DNA from: Octopus vulgaris
Lineage: Eukaryota
Length of the DNA stretch: 64,000 nucleotides
Reading direction: 5' to 3'
Assembly (NCBI GenBank): GCA_951406725.2
Contig: OX597820.1
Location: 66,712,001 to 66,776,000, forward strand
Below the pieces are notes generated by a model. The model had not been told where the DNA came from and did not search any database. It was given only the letters and a program-made list of their open reading frames with translations. The translations under genes and the position numbers were made by a program. The number at the start of each line of letters is the position of its first letter. Position 1 is the stretch's first letter. Positions 37,655 through 49,374 of the stretch are shown in pieces.

Positions 37655-37822
37655 TTCTTTATTGCCCCCAAAATAGAGGGGACAAACAAGGACAGACAAA
37701 GGGATTAAGTCAATTACATCAACCCCAGTGCGTAACTGGTACTTAATTTTTCAACCCCGAAAGGATGAAAGGCAAAGTCGACCTCAGCGGAATTTGAAGT
37801 CAGAATGTAACGTCAGATGAAA
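37655..37822 (-). mobile_element. SINE family B with the alternative tail shared with 45299-45520
   Basis: agaggggacaaacaaggacagacaaa..ccccgaaaggatgaaaggcaaagtcgacctc. Confidence 0.85.
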
Positions 37823-37976
37823 CCTCTCCTATTGTTGTTGTTGTTCCAGATGTCTCCCACATCTGCCATACGTAGGCATACAATCACATCTCCAGTCTAA
37901 GATTTTTGTCTTTCTCTCCTCAAATTCCCTCCATTGGACAATCTTGTGTGTTTTAATATCTCTGTTTATCATAAGA

Positions 37977-38240
37977 ACCATCGAAATCTTAAGAACCACC
38001 AAGGAGAACAAATATAGGAAGAGTTGACCACATTGCATGACTGAAGGACACTGGATGGTCAGTCAGGGTGACAGAAGGGACATCAAGACAATGGACAAGA
38101 TCAGGAGCCTGACCAAAGACAAGATGGCAAAATGATCCCACCCACTACATGGGGCCTATGTGACCAAGACTGGCCAGAGACAGACAACAGTGAAAGGAGT
38201 CCAGGGAGGGCTTCCTCCTTCGGGAGTAATGAAGCCCTGG
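37977..38240 (+). mobile_element. RTE-clade LINE, 3' end of ORF (pseudogenised)
   Basis: With one frameshift translates as IEILRTTKENKYR/VDHIA*LKDTGWSVRVTEGTSRQWTRSGA*PKTRWQND..GPM*PRLARDRQQ*KESREGFLLRE*, matching the RTE C-terminal pattern GHIAR..RW..V.EW.PR..R.RGRP.TRW.D..W..LARDR..W; stops fall at R and W codons. Confidence 0.85.
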
Positions 38241-38394
38241 TTGAGGTTGGCAAGACTGGACAGTGGGCAACACACAGAGATCCCAGAGTTGTTGTTATTT
38301 TAAACAAGAAGACCTATGACTAAAGATGTTCCAGCCAGGACCATCCTTTATATTTTTTCACAACTTCCGCAGCAGAAGTGTTATGACTGATCCT

Positions 38395-38680
38395 TCTGGT
38401 GGTGCCACATAAAAGTGTCTGAGCAGCGCCATGTAAAAGCACCCATTCTGTGCCATCTAAAAGCTCCTGTGCGGTGCCTCATAAAAGCATCTATGCGGTG
38501 CCATGTGAAAGTGCCCATCACATTCTGTAAAGTGGTTGGCATTAGGAAAGGCATCCAGCTGTAGAAACCAGGCCAAAACAGACTACGGAACCTGGTGTGA
38601 TCCCCTGGCCATGCCAGTTCTTGTCAAGTCGTCCAACCCATGCCAGCATGGACAATGGATGTTAAATGAGGATGATGATA
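38395..38680 (+). mobile_element. Family G element with internal tandem units of about 25 bp and a (GAT)n tail
   Basis: Five gtgcca.ntaaaagc-like units, then gttggcattaggaaaggcatccagctgtagaa and ccaacccatgccagcatgga..gttaaatgaggatgat. Confidence 0.8.
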
Positions 38681-38760
38681 TATCCTTTTATAACTTAAAG
38701 AGTATGATTTTGAGGAAATATTTTCAGCTGTTATCACATACACGACAAATGTTCCCTTGA

Positions 38761-38920
38761 TTGCAGCAGGCCATAGATATTGACTCGTAAGAATCACCAT
38801 CATTTTTCAGCACTATAATGTGGAATATTGACTCGCAAGAGTCAACATTGTTTGCAGCAGGTTGCAGTACCATGCTATGATGTTAACTCGTAAGAGTCAC
38901 CGACCATCATTGCAGCAGGT
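38761..38920. repeat. Three-unit array of GNRA-capped hairpins
   Basis: tgactc-GTAA-gaatca, ttgactc-GCAA-gagtcaa and taactc-GTAA-gagtca, separated by linkers containing ttgcagcagg-like motifs. Confidence 0.8.
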
Positions 38921-39428
38921 TACTTCACCATGCCTTGTTATTTCTAATACTGCCATTGGCTGTTTGACAACTGGTTCTTTCTCTCTCTTATTTCAATTTT
39001 TTTTGGTGTTGTGTTGTTTTCTTTTTCTTTTTTTTTCTTTTTTTTTAAACTACTTTAAATCACCGTTTTTTTTTTTTTTTTTTTTTTTATGTTGTTCCTT
39101 CTCGGAAAGGTCTTCTGAATTAAGGAAGAGAAGTAGAGGGGAAGAAAAACAAAAGCAAACCAGCAACAACAATGATACCTCTTCCCCCCACTCCTCTCTC
39201 TCTCTCTCTCTCGAATATTTACATTTGTCTGCTTCTTTGAACATCAAAAGGTTAAAAGCTGTGTGGAATCTTCTCCAACATCACTGCATTGAACTTGTAT
39301 ATCCGCGACTGTTTCGGGATTTGTGTGCGTGTGTGTATATGAATGTGTGTGTGTGTGTCTGTGTGTCTGTCCACTGTTTGATCCTCTTAATTCATAGTTG
39401 TGTTAGCAATGGACTGTATGCAACCCTC

Positions 39429-39459
<31 letters not shown>

Positions 39460-39494
39460 GATTGATTGATTCCAGTTTCAGCTTATGAGCTGTG

Positions 39495-39531
<37 letters not shown>

Positions 39532-40045
39532 ATATATATATATAGCTATGTCTGTTTGTTGTCTCTTACATTCTGGTTTGTGTAACACTCTGTGTGTGTG
39601 TGTGTGTATGAGACCCATTTTGTAGATTGTATGTGTGTGTATGAAACACTTATAGTATAGACTGTATGTATGTGTATGCATGTGTGAGTGTGTGTTTGTG
39701 TGTGTGTGATATAAGATGCTTGAGTGTCCTTATAGCATGGATTATATGAGTTTATATAGTTCTTTGTAAGTCTGTATATTACTCAAATGTTTGTATACAT
39801 CTGTCGTGTGTGTGTGTTTGGTTATTTGTGTATTGGAGCGATATAATTGTCTGTCTTGTGTGTGTATGTGTATGTGTATTTTCATAGCTGTTTGCTCTTA
39901 CTGACACAAGACCACTTCAGCATGAAGTGGAACCATGTGGAACCACCGTCTTTGATTCTGGCTCCAACATAACCGTATTCCTACAGACATACTTTTGACT
40001 CTTTTTTCCTTTATTCGACAATACTTATAGATCTCGGTGTCCTTA

Positions 40046-40230
40046 TTGTTTAACCCCAGGTCATTTTTGGTTAAGTAAACCTATGATCAAATGCATTCCA
40101 AATACGACCATCTTGTCTTTTGCTCAAGCATTGTTTATCTAATACTATTGAATCTATTCTCAGACAGTAGAGTGTATTGTTTAGGAAATTTGGCTGCTAT
40201 TTCTGGCAGACCAAGTAAGCACCTAGAGAC
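40046..40230 (+). mobile_element. Old interspersed repeat, family H
   Basis: ttgtttaaccccaggtca..acctatgatcaaatgcattcca..gaccatc..tttggctgctatttctggcag; related pieces at 36698-36850, 38290-38345 and 56000-56150. Confidence 0.6.
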
Positions 40231-40316
40231 ATTTTGTTGCTGAAGTGTATATTGTTGTTTTTAAATATTGTTGATGTCATAGTGGTATTTAGCCCTGAGT
40301 CAAACCTCATCCAGTA

Positions 40317-40740
40317 GATGTGTGTGTATGATATACAGGCATGGTAAGAACTTTTGTTTCCCCAACCTCGTGGTTTTGAGTTCAATCCTACCATCTGGCA
40401 TTTTGGGCAAGCATCTTCTATTATGGCCCTGGGCCAACCAAAGCCTTGTGATTTGATTTAGTAGACAGAAACACAAAGAAACCTGTTGCGTGTGTGCATG
40501 CATGCGTGTGTTACTGTCTTCGTGCTTTGACATTGTATGATAGTTGTAAATGAGCGTCACCATCATACCAGTGGTGTCGTCCTTTGTTTCCAATCTGCCA
40601 TGAAAACATGTCTGGTCATGAGGAATATTATCTTTCTTGGAAACAGGTGAGGGTTGGTGACAGGAAAGGCATCTGGCTGTAAAAAATCTATCTTGATAAA
40701 TTCCATCTGACCCTTGCAGGCATGGAAAAGTGGACAGTAA
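40317..40740 (+). mobile_element. Chimeric SINE: family A head joined to a family G-type 3' part
   Basis: ttcccaacctcgtggttttgagttcaatcc..tgggcaagcatcttctatta followed by gggttggtgacaggaaaggcatctggctgtaaaa..gcatggaaaagtggac. Confidence 0.7.
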
Positions 40741-40761
40741 AATTTTGTGTATATATATATA

Positions 40762-41090
40762 GGTGAAGGCGCATTGTTCCATGGTTAGCGTGTCAGGCTC
40801 ACAATCATGAGGTAGTGAGTTTGATTCCCGAACCGGGCTGTGTGTTTGTGCTCTTGAGCAAGATTCTCTATCTCAGCTGTAGAAATGAGTTGCGATTTCA
40901 CTGGTGCCAAGCTGTATCAGCCTTTGCCTTTTCCTTGGATAACATCAGTGGCACGGAGAGGGGAGGCTGGTGTGCATGGGCGACTGCTGGTCTCCCATCA
41001 ACAACCTTGCCCAGACTTGTGCCTGGGAGGGTAACTTTCTAGGTGTAAACACATGGTCATTCAAGACCAACGGGAGTTTTTACTTTACTT
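40762..41090 (+). mobile_element. SINE family D, full length
   Basis: tRNA-like head gtgaaggcgcattgttccatggttagcgtgtc..gagtttgattccc; tail (tttac)n. Confidence 0.85.
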
Positions 41091-41197
41091 CTATATATGC
41101 ATGTATGTATGTGTATGTGTGTTTGTGTATATATACATATATATATGTGTGTGTGTGTGTGTATGTATACACACACACATATATATGCATATATATA

Positions 41198-41338
41198 TGG
41201 GCTTCCACACAGTTTCCATCTTCCAATTTCACTTTGGCCATAGAAGACACTTATCCAAGGTGCTGCATGTTGGGACTGAACCCAGACCCATATGGCTGCA
41301 AAGCAAACTTCTTAACCACACAGCCATGCCTGCACCTA
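41198..41338 (-). mobile_element. SINE family A, 5' half
   Basis: gggcttcc..agaagacacttatccaaggtgc..ccacacagccatgcctgcacc. Confidence 0.8.
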
Positions 41339-42552
41339 TGCTCGCGTATGTATAAATGTATCCAGCTATTTCTTTATCATTCATCTGTGTATGAGTGTAT
41401 ATACATGTGTCTGTGTATAGTATTAGAGAAAGAGGGAGAGTGAGAGGGAGGGAGAGAGTGGGGATGGGAGAGGGAGTTCCACCAATGGATTTGTCCATAT
41501 TTGCACTTGTGTGTGTGTGTGTGTGTGTGTGTTTGCATCTCATGCCTAGCTTCTGGTTTTCCAAAGACTGCTTGCCACATCCTGGTGCTTAAATTGAGGA
41601 CAACTGATCAAATGGTAGACTTGAAGTGTTGCCAAGCTGTGTCAGCATTTCAAAATCGCTTTCGTTCTCTTTCTCTCTCTTTCTCTCTCTCTACCACCTC
41701 ACTCCTTTATTCCATCCTTCCTTCTCTCTCTCTCTCTCTCTCTTCTCCTCTCTTCTCGTCTTTCCAGACAGCTACTCTAAACCGTTCCAACTAAATTTAC
41801 CGGTTATTCTTTCCATCATCGTCATCGTCATCATCATCATCATCATCATTATCATCATTATCGTCATCATCACTATTATCATTGTTATCGTCATCATTAT
41901 CATCATTGCCATCATCATCAATATCTTCAATATCAACATCATCATCATCATCATTGGCTTCATCATCAATCATCAATCAATGGCAAATCTCTACCACCAC
42001 CACTACCATCACAACTACTATTGAAACATCTACCTGTCTGTTTGTCTGTCTGTATGTCTGTCTGTCAAATCGAGATTTCCAAATGATGATAGTGATGATG
42101 ATGATGATGATGATGATGAAACGACGATGGTGGTGATGATGAAGATTGTGGCATCAACGGCAATAATGGTGGCAGTGATGGTGATGATATGAGAATCTCG
42201 AATGATATTTCTGGAAATATCTTTTATTACCCACCCACCCCTCTTGTCACCATCACCACCACCACCACCAGTCACCTGCATCCACATATTTTTGCTAAAG
42301 CTTCCACAATTATAACGTCATACCTTTCTCATGTCACTTAATTACTCTCCTTCCTCCCTCTCCCTCTCCTCCCCTGTTGCTGTTACTCTCCCTCTATCTC
42401 CATTGTTGTATGTGTGTATGTATGTGTGTATGTATACATGTGTGTGTGAATTTGTGTGTGTGTGTGTATATGCTTAGGCATATATGTATACATATATATG
42501 TGTGTATATTTATGTGTATGTATGTATATATATATATATATATACATATGCT

Positions 42553-42583
<31 letters not shown>

Positions 42584-43249
42584 CTAAAATGTATATATGC
42601 ATGTGTGTACATGTACATTTATATATGTGTGTGTATGTGTTTATATGTATGTATACATGTGTGTGTGTGTGTGTGTGTGTGTAAAACCACCCTTCTGCCA
42701 AACCTTGTGGCCCGCAATGTAGTTGACTCCTTGACACACATACATACACTTAACTCAGGGACATTCTCTCCCACCCCTCTCTCTCTCTCTCTCTCTCTAG
42801 CTTGCTTCCCCCCCCCCCCTCTCTCTCTCATTCTCCTCTGTCACATCATATTTTCTGTCAACTTCTCACAGCTAAAATACTTTACCATATTCTCATTAAA
42901 TTGATTGGAGAGGCTAGGCAACTGTGAAAGGTTGAGAGGAGGGGTTATCACTAGTGGTGGGTGATGTTCTTGTGGTGGTCATGGCTTTGCTTTTTTATTT
43001 TTGTTTTTTCTTCCTTTTTTTTTTTTTGCTTCACTACTCTAAATATTTCTCTGCTGGTTAATGATGTTGAAGTTGATATTGGGAGAAGGATGAAGTAAAA
43101 TAAAGAAATAATCAACAAATCCATACCGTTAATAATGATGATGTTGATGGTAATAATAACAATAATAATTTCTTTCATTAGTCACAACGGCATAGATGAG
43201 GGAGACCCCACAAACACACGCACACACACACATATATATATATACAATA

Positions 43250-43400
43250 GGCTTCCTTCAGTTTCCATCTACCAAATCCACTCACAAGGCTTTGGTCAGC
43301 CTGAGGCTATAGTAGAAGACACTTGCCCAAAGTCGCATGCAGTGGGTCTGAACCCGAAACCATGTCGTTGAGAAGCAAACTTCCTACCACCCAGCCACAT
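43250..43400 (-). mobile_element. SINE family A, 5' half
   Basis: ggcttccttcagtttccatctaccaaatccactcacaaggc.. Confidence 0.85.
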
Positions 43401-43454
43401 CTGTGTCTACAGATATATATGTATGTCTATCTATCTATCTATCTATCTATCTAT

Positions 43455-43830
43455 ACTCTTTTACTTGTTTCAGTCATTTGACTGCAGCCATGGTGGAGCA
43501 CCACCTTTAGTCGAGCAAATTGACCCCAGTTCTTATTCTTTGTAAGCCTAGCACTTATTCTATCGGTCGCTTTTTGCTGAACCGCCAAGTTACAGGGATG
43601 TAAACACCCCAGCATCGGTTGTCAAGTGATGTTGGGGTGACAAACACAGACACACAAACATACACACACATACATAACTTACACACACATACATAACTTA
43701 GCAGTCTGGCAAAAAGACCGGTAGAATAAGTACTAGGCTTACAAAGAATAAGTCCTGGGGTTGATTTGCTCGACTAAAGGCGGTGCTCCAGCATGGCCGC
43801 AGTCAAATGATTGAAACAAGTAAAAGAGTA
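43455..43830. mobile_element. Two inverted SINE A 3' halves (43455-43660 minus, 43696-43830 plus)
   Basis: Arms of about 135 bp are reverse complements of each other. Confidence 0.9.
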
Positions 43831-45174
43831 AACATATATATACACACATATAAACACCCATATACTGTATATATTAAGATAGATATCATCATACACAGAC
43901 ATACATTCATACGTAGATTTATGCATATGCTGACAGTTGTGTGGTAGACACAGACAGACAGTGAGACAGACAGACAAGTGGACCAGCAGAGACGGAAAGA
44001 GAGAGAGAATCTCCTTATGTGTTGTCAATGTCAGTATATATCATAGCAAAAGCATATGATCTGACATTCCCTCTACCATATTGCCATCATGTTGAATCCA
44101 CCTCATTTCTAGTGGATGGACTTGAGCTTTTTATTTACACTTCGGTGAACAGCATTAAGGTTTCAATCCAACTCTTTTCCTCCGATGGTTCTAAAACAAT
44201 AAATACAAACAGCAGTGAGGTTAATGGTGGTGGTAGTGGTGGTGGTGGTGGTGGTGGTGTTTTTGGTGGTAATGGCACAGTGTGGTGTATGGTAGTGTTG
44301 TGGTAGTGGTTTGGTTTGGTGTAGTGTATGTGTAAATATAAAAGCTGTAAGGTGATATACAGTGGTGGGGTGGGGTGATGGTAGTTTTGACAGTTTGGGT
44401 GGTACAGTATGGGTGTGGAGGCTGGTAGTTGTGGTGGTGGTGGTGGTGGTGGTAGATATAAGTGTAGAAGCTGTAGTGCCATGTGGTTGTGATGGTTATT
44501 GGTGTGGTAGCAGCAGTGCCAGAGATGGTAGTCGTTGAGGTTGTGATGTCATGTGGTGAAGGTGGTGGTTGCAGTGGTGGTACTGGTGTTGTGGTGGTGT
44601 GGTTGTGGTAGTGTTCTTGTTCTTGTCATACTGGTGGTTGTAGTACCATATGGTGAAATTCATAGTAATTTGGGTGGTACAGCGTAGGTATGGAGGTAGT
44701 AAATAGTACCATTTATTTTGTGGCATTGGGGGAAGTGAGGATGGTAGAGGCCAAAGTGCCATATGGTGGGGCTTTGGCAATGGCAGTGAAGACCTTCTGT
44801 CCTTGCCCTCGTTCAACAATGATTATAGGTGACATAAACAGTAATGTCAGAATGGCTTACCAAGACATCTCAGGGTTGACTAAGTTTCTAAGAAGGAGAT
44901 TAGGGGAGCAGCGGGGTGTGACACGGGAGTTTTGAGGCACAGGGTGAGGGTAGGCAAGGGAAAAATATCATCAGGTGCTTTTTTTTTTTTTTTTTTGATT
45001 AGATCCTTATTCAGCAGATCCATTTTCAAAAGGGATCCAGCTATGACCAGCCTGTTTTATATATATATAAATATATATATAAAATAATATAGGCTAGCAA
45101 AATTTTAGAAACCATCACAACATGGTATACAGATATTATATGATGATGATGATGATGACGACAACGACGAGGTA

Positions 45175-45560
45175 TCATGCTGGTACCATGTAAGAAAACA
45201 CTCCCGTTCACTCTCTAAAGTGGTTGGAATTAGGAAGGGCATCTAGCTGTAGAAACCATGCCAAAACAGACATTGGAACTTGGCAGGAACTTGGTAAAGC
45301 TGGCAGAAATGTTAGCACACCGGGCGAAATGTTTACCGGTATTTCATCAGCCATTACGTTCTGAGTTCAAATTCTGCCGAGGTCGACTTTGCCTTTCATC
45401 CTTTCGGGGTCGATTAAATAAGTACCAGTTATGCACTGGGGTCGATATAATTGACTTAATCTGTTTGTCTGTCCTTGTTTGTCCCCTCTGTGTTTAGCCC
45501 CTTGTGGCAGTAAAGAAATAAGGAACTTGGTAAATCATCCAATACATGCTGGCATGGTAG
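45175..45560 (+). mobile_element. Family G element interrupted by SINE B
   Basis: gtggttggaattaggaagggcatctagctgtagaa before the insertion and tcatccaatacatgctggcatgg after it. Confidence 0.7.
45299..45520 (+). mobile_element. SINE family B, young, with a 14-bp TSD
   Basis: aggaacttggtaaa at 45285-45298 and 45521-45534; CpGs retained. Confidence 0.92.
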
Positions 45561-46437
45561 TGGTGGCACCAATGGTAGTGGTGGTGGTGGAGACAGTCAC
45601 TGCAGTGGAAGTGGTGGTGGTGGTGGTGGTGGTAGTGGTGGTGTAGTGATGATGGCAATGGTGTTGAGGATGTTGATGTACCATTTGTGGACTGATGCAG
45701 ATTTATATTCCTATAAAACACATCCCTAGATGTGAATGGAATTATAACAGTTGAAGACAGTAGTTTGCTTGTTATCCTCATAATATTAGAAAAACATGTC
45801 GCAGCACTTGACAAGCAAGTATTATTGTTTAAAGAATCGGAGCTGCTTTAATTACAAAACAAAATAAATGGAAAGCAATTCAACAGAAATGGTGATGGCG
45901 GTGATGGGAGTGGGTAACTACCTCATGTTGCTATCTTTGTCGGAAAAGAAAATGAAACATTAGCTGAGAAAGATAAGAAATAATAATCTACAACACCTTA
46001 ATTCTTAATTATCACTGAGTGAAATCTTTGTATATAGACTTTCTGAGGATGTCGTTTCTTTACTCTGTTTGGCACTGATAGTTCTGATTTTGGTCTTCTA
46101 TATTTCCATAACTGTTAGTTAAGACTTTGCTGATTTCTTCACAGACAAACACAACATATGACAAACACAACAATAATGATATAACAAACAGTTAAGGAAG
46201 CTTCTGTGTGTTCGTTTGATCTGCTAGAAATAGCAACCAAAACAATATGCTTCAAAATAAAGTATTAGGTGAGTACAGAGCATAATACAATATTAAATAA
46301 ATGTCATAAATTATACAATCAACTTCATTAGCCTACAGTTGTTTCTGCTATTAGAGGCAGCAGACTCAGAGCTGAGTGCGTGTGCATTTATGAAACTAAT
46401 AACATGATTCATATTTCCTTGTCATTTATTTAATTTC

Positions 46438-46750
46438 AGTGTAGGTGTGTAGCTTAACTGCTGGGGCATTTGGTTCACAATCATAAGGCCATTAGTTTCA
46501 TACTTGGCTGTGTGTTGCATCCTTGAGCAAGACATTTCTTTCACATTGCTTGCCAAATTGAGTAGTACCTGCATTCCAACAAGCCAGCCTTGTCACATTC
46601 TGTGTCATGCTGAATCTCCCTGAGGACTCTGTTATGGGTACACATGTCTGTGGAGTGCTCAACCGCTTGGACATTAATTTCATGAGCATGCTGTTCCATT
46701 GATCGGACCAGCTGGAACCTTCATCATCGTAACCGACAGAATGCCAGTTG
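46438..46750 (+). mobile_element. SINE family E
   Basis: ccttgagcaagacattt..ccagccttgtcacattctgtgtcatgctgaatctccctgag..gtctgtggagtgctca, matching 36188-36512. Confidence 0.8.
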
Positions 46751-46906
46751 TCATTTAATTCTGTGTGTGTGCATGCATACATCTGTGTGCATACATATGT
46801 TATTGTCTCTTTGCTTTGACTTCACATGACAGTTTTAGACATTTATCGAAGCCATGCAAGCTGTATCCCTTGTTTCCATGAAAATATGTCTGGAGATGGG
46901 GAATTG

Positions 46907-47468
46907 TTGGGTTGTCTGGAAAGTTCGTGCCAATTTATAGTAGCTTACCTATCGACTTATTTTAGAACGTGGTTGAGTCCATAAAATAGGATTTGACTAC
47001 TCCTCCATTTAGAGCACATTTTAAGCTCTCTTTTCGTGGAAGAAGGTTTATGTTCCTATAACCTGTGTTAATTCTGTAACCCTTTAAAATGGAAGATAAG
47101 AAAGTTCATTTTCGGCACTTGACGCTTTGGGAACCATACAAAAATTGCTGCAGCTCGGCTGGGATGTGTTACCCCACCCTCCATATTCACCAGATATTGC
47201 TCCTTCGGATTTCCACTTATTCATGTCTCTGCAGAATGGTCTCAATGGTAAAAATTTCAATTCCTTGGATGACATAAAAAGATACCTTGATGAATTCTTT
47301 GAAACCAGCTCAATTCTGGGAAGAGGCTATTTTCAAGTTAAAGGAAAGATGGAGACGCATTATGCAACAAAATGGTTCATATTTGGTTGATTAAAAATGT
47401 AATGGCAAGTATTTATTGAGACTTTTTCTTTCCTTTAAAAATCAGCACAAACTTTCCGGACAACCCAA
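46907..47468 (+). mobile_element. Internally deleted mariner transposon (mellifera-subfamily-like)
   Basis: TIRs ttgggttgtctggaaagttcgtgccaattt / aaatcagcacaaactttccggacaacccaa, flanked by TG (mutated) and TA; transposase N- and C-terminal remnants inside. Confidence 0.93.
47089..47394 (+). pseudogene. Mariner transposase remnant (N-terminus fused to the catalytic C-terminus)
   Basis: MEDKKVHFRHLTL, then after the deletion TIQKLLQLGWDVLPHPPYSPDIAPSDFHLFMSLQN.., then frameshifted FWEEAIFKLKERWRRIMQQNGSYLVD*; YSPDLAPSD is the mariner motif. Confidence 0.92.
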
Positions 47469-47584
47469 TATTTAGCTTACTTGAAAACTGGTTAGGGCCG
47501 GCAACAAAAAGGGCATCTCAAGTTATAGGAGTCTGCATCAACAAATTCCGTCTTATCCATGCAAGTATGGAAAGTTGGACATTA

Positions 47585-47900
47585 GATGATGTTGATGTAG
47601 ATCGATGATGATGATGATAACGACGAGAATGGTGAAAGATGGCAATGATGACGATGATGACCATGATGATGACGACAATGACAATGATGTTGACGATGAC
47701 ATTGACAACAATGATGACAACTGATGATGATGATGATGATGATGGTGGTGGCAATGATGGTGATGATGACGACAACAATGGTGACGATGGCAATGATGAC
47801 CATGATGATGACGACGATGATGTTGGCAACAATACGATGACAGTGATGATGATGATGATGATGGTGATGACGATAACGAAGATAATGATGACGATGATAT
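47585..47900. repeat. Degenerate (GAT/GAC)n trinucleotide tract
   Basis: Expanded tail of the family G element that hosts the mariner. Confidence 0.9.
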
Positions 47901-48200
47901 ATGTATTTCCAGCTTTTAATTAAAGACTTGAGCGTTTATGTTTGTGTATGTTGTGTGCTTTTATTCTTGTCTTCTTATTACATCTCTACCCACCACCACC
48001 ACCACCAACACCACCTCTAATTGCCTTACCCACGGTGCCAGTCTTACTTTAATTTCATTGTTTTATTAGAATTCTTGCAAGATCTGTTGATGTTCCTCTC
48101 CCCACTACTGCTGCCAATGTTGTGTCGCTGTCTTCATGTTTTTACAACAGACACACGCACAAACACACACTGTTGTTACAAGAGAAGGAATCTGTTTTGT

Positions 48201-48316
48201 GGGTGGGATTAAGATTAATCTAGCTCTAGATAATCCTACCCCTCTTACAATTGGCATTTTATTGCTTGCTAATATTGCCGGCCAGTAATCCGCTTTTGCT
48301 TGCATTTCACCAGATT

Positions 48317-48317
<1 letters not shown>
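48201..48317. promoter_or_regulatory. Cluster of six K50-homeodomain-type sites (TAATCC/TAATCT)
   Basis: GGATTA 48206, AGATTA 48212, TAATCT 48216, TAATCC 48231, TAATCC 48286, AGATTA 48312. Confidence 0.4.
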
Positions 48318-48371
<54 letters not shown>

Positions 48372-48629
48372 GTTGAAACTTGGTCATTTTCACAGTGGTG
48401 TGGAGAGATTGGTTGCTGTTTGTATTATGTTGTTCTGGTTGGATGTATGTGTGTGTGTGTTGCTGTGTGTGTGTGTCACTGTGTGTATGCACGCACTTGT
48501 TTGCATGTGTGTGAGTGACAGCTGCAGACTGCTTTCTGTATGCATATATATTTGAACATACATACATAAATACTTCCATACACACAAACACATATTCATA
48601 CATACACATGCACATACACACACACACAC

Positions 48630-48662
<33 letters not shown>

Positions 48663-49078
48663 TATATATGCATACATAAATGTGTATACTTCAACGCATG
48701 CATATTTCTGTTGGTTGCATAACTCCTTGTCTCTCCCCCTCTCTCTTTCCCTTCTTTCGTTCCTCTTCCTCTCACCACCCATCTCTCTCTCTCTCTCTTA
48801 CTGTCTGTCTCTCTCTCTCTCTCCCTCCACCCTCTCCCCCTCTCTGCCCCTTTCTGTTTACGTCTGTAAGTAATTGTTTGTCTCTTCAATTTATAATTCG
48901 ATAATAATGAAAAATACTGCGTAAAATTTTTAATCCTTTTCCTTGGGTTTTAAAAAGAAACAAAATTTATTACTATTATTATTATTATTATTATTATTAT
49001 TAAATTTAATCCTTTTGCAATGTAGATATTTGAAACTTGCAGAGACACACTCACGCACACTTATATACATGAATATAC

Positions 49079-49114
<36 letters not shown>

Positions 49115-49374
49115 ACACACACAGGCATACAGAGAGCTTATGTCACTACATTGTGCTTCTGGCCCTTCTCAACATGTAAAACAAGTCGGAGGCTTATACA
49201 GTCATGTTTTTAACTTCTAGTTTCTGATGTGTGTTTTTTCGTTTTTTTTAGTTTGCTCTAGCTAACAAGACTAAGGCCATACTGGAGCTTTGATTTATGG
49301 GCATGTGTGTGTGTGTGTGTCTGTGTATGCATGCATGCATTTTTAAGCCATAAATTGCATTTATCTTCTATTTT

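Noticed and set aside
38761-38920. CRISPR array interpretation of the palindromic repeats with linkers
   Set aside because: Only three degenerate units, linkers share sequence, no cas genes; kept as a structured repeat instead
41772-42136. Poly-M/I/S/H ORFs (also 47518-47923 and 34577-34879)
   Set aside because: Trinucleotide microsatellites
44690-44935. MIIGDINSNV resembling the LINE endonuclease GDFN motif
   Set aside because: A single short motif; the flanks do not continue the alignment
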